From assembly GCA_002269645.1 (NCBI GenBank), contig NIVC01003001.1:1-64000 (forward strand): a DNA stretch of 64,000 bases, read 5' to 3'. The notes under the pieces were generated by a model. The model searched no databases. It was not told the DNA's origin and saw only the letters and a program-made list of their open reading frames with translations. The DNA is from Macrostomum lignano (lineage: Eukaryota). This document shows, one piece after another, positions 60,052-64,000 of this stretch. The position numbers were made by a program, and so were the translations under genes. Numbering within the stretch: the first letter of the stretch is position 1; every line of letters begins with the position of its first letter.

Positions 60052-62402
60052 CTGAAGATTGAGTTTAAAAATTGTTGATACTTCAAATAAAATATTGTAC
60101 GAAAGCATTGGAAATGCAAAACTTGAAAATAAGGCATTTAGCTTAAAAGCACAGGGTGCCAATTAGACAACAGTGTCCAGATTTATGGAATTTGATATGC
60201 CATAAGACATACCATGGCACAATAACTTAGGTTATAGCTTAGAAGGACAGACTATAAAGTAGAGTTTTGCCATTACTAAACATTACCCATATCTGTATCC
60301 ATAGCAATAATAGCCTATCTATTGTATCCATAGCAATAATAGCCTATCTATATCTAATATCTATATCTACCTTGTTCATATAGTGCAATAATCCCTTTCT
60401 AATCTAGTGCAATAATCATTTTCTCTTCTAGTGCAATAATATTTTACCTATCAAAGTGCAATAATATTTTGTCATGTAGTACAATAATCTCTTATTAAGC
60501 CAGTGCAAAAATCATTTACTCATGCAGTGCAGTAATCCTACTTATCTAGTGTAATGATATAAACTTTTAATAAAAAAATATGCAACTAAGATTCAATCCT
60601 AGATTGCTGCATTAATAGGTTAGGCTATTTGTACCTAGGCTTATTCTTAGGCCTAGAACTTATAAAATAAATTATAATACTTATAATTCAATACTCATAG
60701 ACACTCAGTGAGCCTTTTCATATTGCTTGTTCTGGTTCTAGAACCAGAACCAATTTGTGAAGTATAACTTTTTGTCTCTATAACTAGAGGGAGATATGTG
60801 CTATACAGTTTTTATTATTGAATGACAATCGCCAAGAAGAAAGTGAAAAATTGTGCTTAGTTATGTTGTTAAGGCAGTCAAATATTAATAGAGTTTAATA
60901 GTTATACTGCTGTTTTTCTTGGAATTCCGAACCAGTTCTGGTTCTAGAATTGGTAGGGCCTAATATGAAAAGGCCCAGTTAGAATAAAAGTTATACAAAG
61001 CAATTATGACATAATTAATTTCTTTGGCAGTATTAGTCTCAATTAAAGTTAACAATATGGATATGCAATGAAAATCAAGTCTTATGCCTATTCTATGCTT
61101 CCACACTAATAGCATTATTATATTTTCAATATTATAATGCATGTCAAGTCAGATTCACTATTTAGTAATTAGTTATAATTGTAAAAATTAATGCAATTTT
61201 GATCAGAATTAGAATTTAACCAGTCAGTTTTTTTCAAACATTTTATAATAATTTTAAAGTTGAAAAGTCCATTAGACCTTTGCAAAAACATAACTTCTTA
61301 TATTTAATCTTTTTAGCATTGAGCAGTTTCTTAGACTTAAGGGGCCTAGTTGCAACATATATTATCATAGGAAAATTTCCAATTAAATAGCGTACTTTTG
61401 AAGAATAGTACACTAGTGCACTAGTACAATTTTTGTTTAAATCAATGATGTAGGACCAAGACCGCCACACACCAAGACCACTACACTTGAGGAGCTAGGG
61501 GAGGAAGAATTTGGCTCAATATATTATTGAATGGTATGGTACTAGAGAGGAACCTATGAGAGGAATAGCAATGCTAGAAGATTGGTAGCTCCCCCTCAAT
61601 ACCAATAAGCTAGCCAGTAATAGTTGTGGCAGTCTTAGTCATGCACCAAATCAATTAGGGCCTAGGGTCTACATAAGGCCTATAAATAGACAATTCATTT
61701 TCAGTATGTTGACAAATCTTAGACATTAAGAATCAGGTAGATTTTTGTTTTATGAGTGAATATTATCTTATTAGGCCTATATTATTCTACATTTGCACTT
61801 TTGATTTAATTTTTGTACATATTTTGTTCCTTAGGCCTATTTTTGTTGCATGGGCCTACTGATAGGCCTAGTGATACATCACATTTAAATTTTTTAGCTT
61901 AATACTGATAGTGATAGGCCTAATTAATAGCAAAGTGCATTGCATCTTTTTGAAAGTTTTCTATCCTGCTTTTTTAGGCCTAGCCAAGGCAAAAATGATA
62001 ATAAATTTAAATAAAAAATCTTGCAAATACATAAAAAATATAGATAATATCCTAGGCCTAGAGCTATGCTATAAGTATATCGGTTGATGGTCGTTTGTCT
62101 GATGCCAGTTCGTCTGCCCTAATCGCATATTTAGGGCTTAGGCTGGGCCTATTACCTATATAGCATAGGCCTAGCCTTAGGACCTATACATTATAAGGGT
62201 ATCCGGTAAAATATGGAATCTACCTGTAGCGGAATCAGAATAGAATAGCACAGTAACATGCTGAATCTGCAGCGGAAAGTTAAATTGTGAAATGAGCTGC
62301 AGTTTCCGCTAGGCCTAACTTGAAGTAGGCCTAGGCTAAAAATCAAAATGTGGGAATTGAAAAATTAGCATTTTTGGAGTTGATACTCATATTGATACCC
62401 AC

Positions 62403-62683
62403 CAGTGGCGGATCTAGAGTTTCATTTGGGGGGGGGGCGGTCCAAGTTTGGGGAGCAAACACGAGTATAAGAGGCGCCAATTTTTAAGCTGGGGGGGGGA
62501 ATGCGTGTAGGCCTACGGGGCAAAAAATCAAGCTTAGGGGGGGGGGCAAAAAGGCATTTGGAGGCAAAAAATCAAGTTTAGGGGGCGCAAATTTAGGTTT
62601 TTTGGGGGCGCAATATGTTCTGTCAAGCTATTTTTGGGGGGGCCGCCCCCTCCCCCCCCGCACACCCCCTAAATCCGCCCCTG
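62403..62683. mobile_element. G-rich MITE with 15-bp TIRs
   Basis: CAGTGGCGGATCTAG versus CTAAATCCGCCCCTG (13/15 match as reverse complement), with internal poly-G tracts. Confidence 0.7.
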
Positions 62684-64000
62684 TCAAGGACTACTCAAGT
62701 AAAATTAATATGCATGTATACTGTAATTGTATTTATAAGATCGCTGTAAGATCAGACGCCGGTCCTCAGTTTTTGGGAATCGTAAAATATAATTATCTAG
62801 AAGAACTACAATGTAGTATATTTATATGCATGAAAAAAAGTATAAAAAACAAACATAATTTTAATAAGTCTACTGCGGTTAAAAGTTATGGTAAATGTAA
62901 TTAAAGTTTGTTAAAACTTAATTACGTTCTAAATTGAGCAATCTGTATTATACATTTTAAAATTACAAAACATTTAAATTTACGACATTTAGCTAGATCG
63001 CAGTTGCAGTTGCGAGTGATTCGACATTGTAACTTAGTTAGATTATAACCAAAACCAAATAATACATATTCAGGTTCTAATAATGATAATAATGATATCA
63101 TTATTAACATATATATAATAATAATGATAAACCTTTTTAAACAAACGTAATGCCCTAAACTTAGGCCTAATTTCAAATACATTTAGCATTCATTAGGCCT
63201 ACGCACGTGGAGTGGTGCAAGCATGCAACGCAGTGCGACACTTGGCGTAGCCGCATAGTGCTTGTAATTCATATCAAAAAGGCCATGCACAGAATGGCCT
63301 AAATGTCAAAATTTGGCTAAATTATTGGCGTGCTCTGTGTAGGCCTAGCTGTGTTGTTTTGTTGGTATTGCCACCACTACACTACAAGGCCCTAGCCTCC
63401 AACAAGACCTAGAACAAGGCACAATGCCAAAAGATCCTTTATTGTCCTTGATTGATGCAAGGCCTCCTGGCCCTGGGCCTTGGCACACACTTTGATGCAG
63501 TCTATGTATCTTGGAGAGTGATTCCTTATCACATTTTTGCAGGACCCTTGTTCTTACTGGCTTAATGTCTACACATTTTCAAATTTATTCCATCCAATAG
63601 GCCTAGGTGTATATATTTGCTTCACTTTTTTTGGGTAATATTTTAAATTAAAACATTTTCATTTAAGTTCATTTTTCAATATTTTTCATTTTTGTTATGT
63701 ATTGTCATTGATTGTCTATTAAATTAGGCCTTATGTCATGATCATATATAGACCTACCTAAAAGCATCATTGAAATTGTAGGCCTAATATTAATAATAAT
63801 ATAGGGCCTAGGCCTAATTATAAAATAGCTAAAATAGATATTATACCACACTTATAAAAATGGCAGCTGTTTCTAGGCTAGGCCGCCTTGTCTAGATAAT
63901 ATTAGAGTTAGGCCTATAAACATAATAGCTATGTTCAACTCCAAAGAATATAGAATGTATCTCATATTGGAGATGATAGCCATATCAACAAAGTCTATAA

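Overview
Eukaryotic, intron-rich invertebrate genomic DNA: GC-rich exons, AT-rich introns, one assembly gap. The style suggests a flatworm such as Macrostomum, but that is inference only. Five genes can be rebuilt from GT..AG junctions. (1) A complete 11-exon classical calpain on the minus strand (11733-22364; about 700 aa; catalytic C/H/N intact; C2-like and penta-EF domains). (2-4) Three paralogs of an unnamed 8-exon gene of about 970 aa: copy 1 minus 4343-9126, copy 2 plus 24414-28914, copy 3 minus 30363-36315. Each encodes a signal peptide, two divergent C-type-lectin-like domains and about eight Sushi/CCP modules, with no transmembrane exon visible. (5) A partial NAT8/NAT14-like GNAT acetyltransferase (minus, 56574-60051). 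The most interesting system is the lectin-CCP trio. Its N-terminal heads are strongly diversified, while the CCP stalk and even introns are homogenised in a mosaic way that points to gene conversion. An RFX X-box-like motif sits upstream of each copy. The rest of the window is repeats: LINE and Gypsy fragments, tRNA-derived SINEs, two TG..CA elements with 4-bp target-site duplications, foldback and palindromic elements, and many minisatellites that create spurious ORFs.
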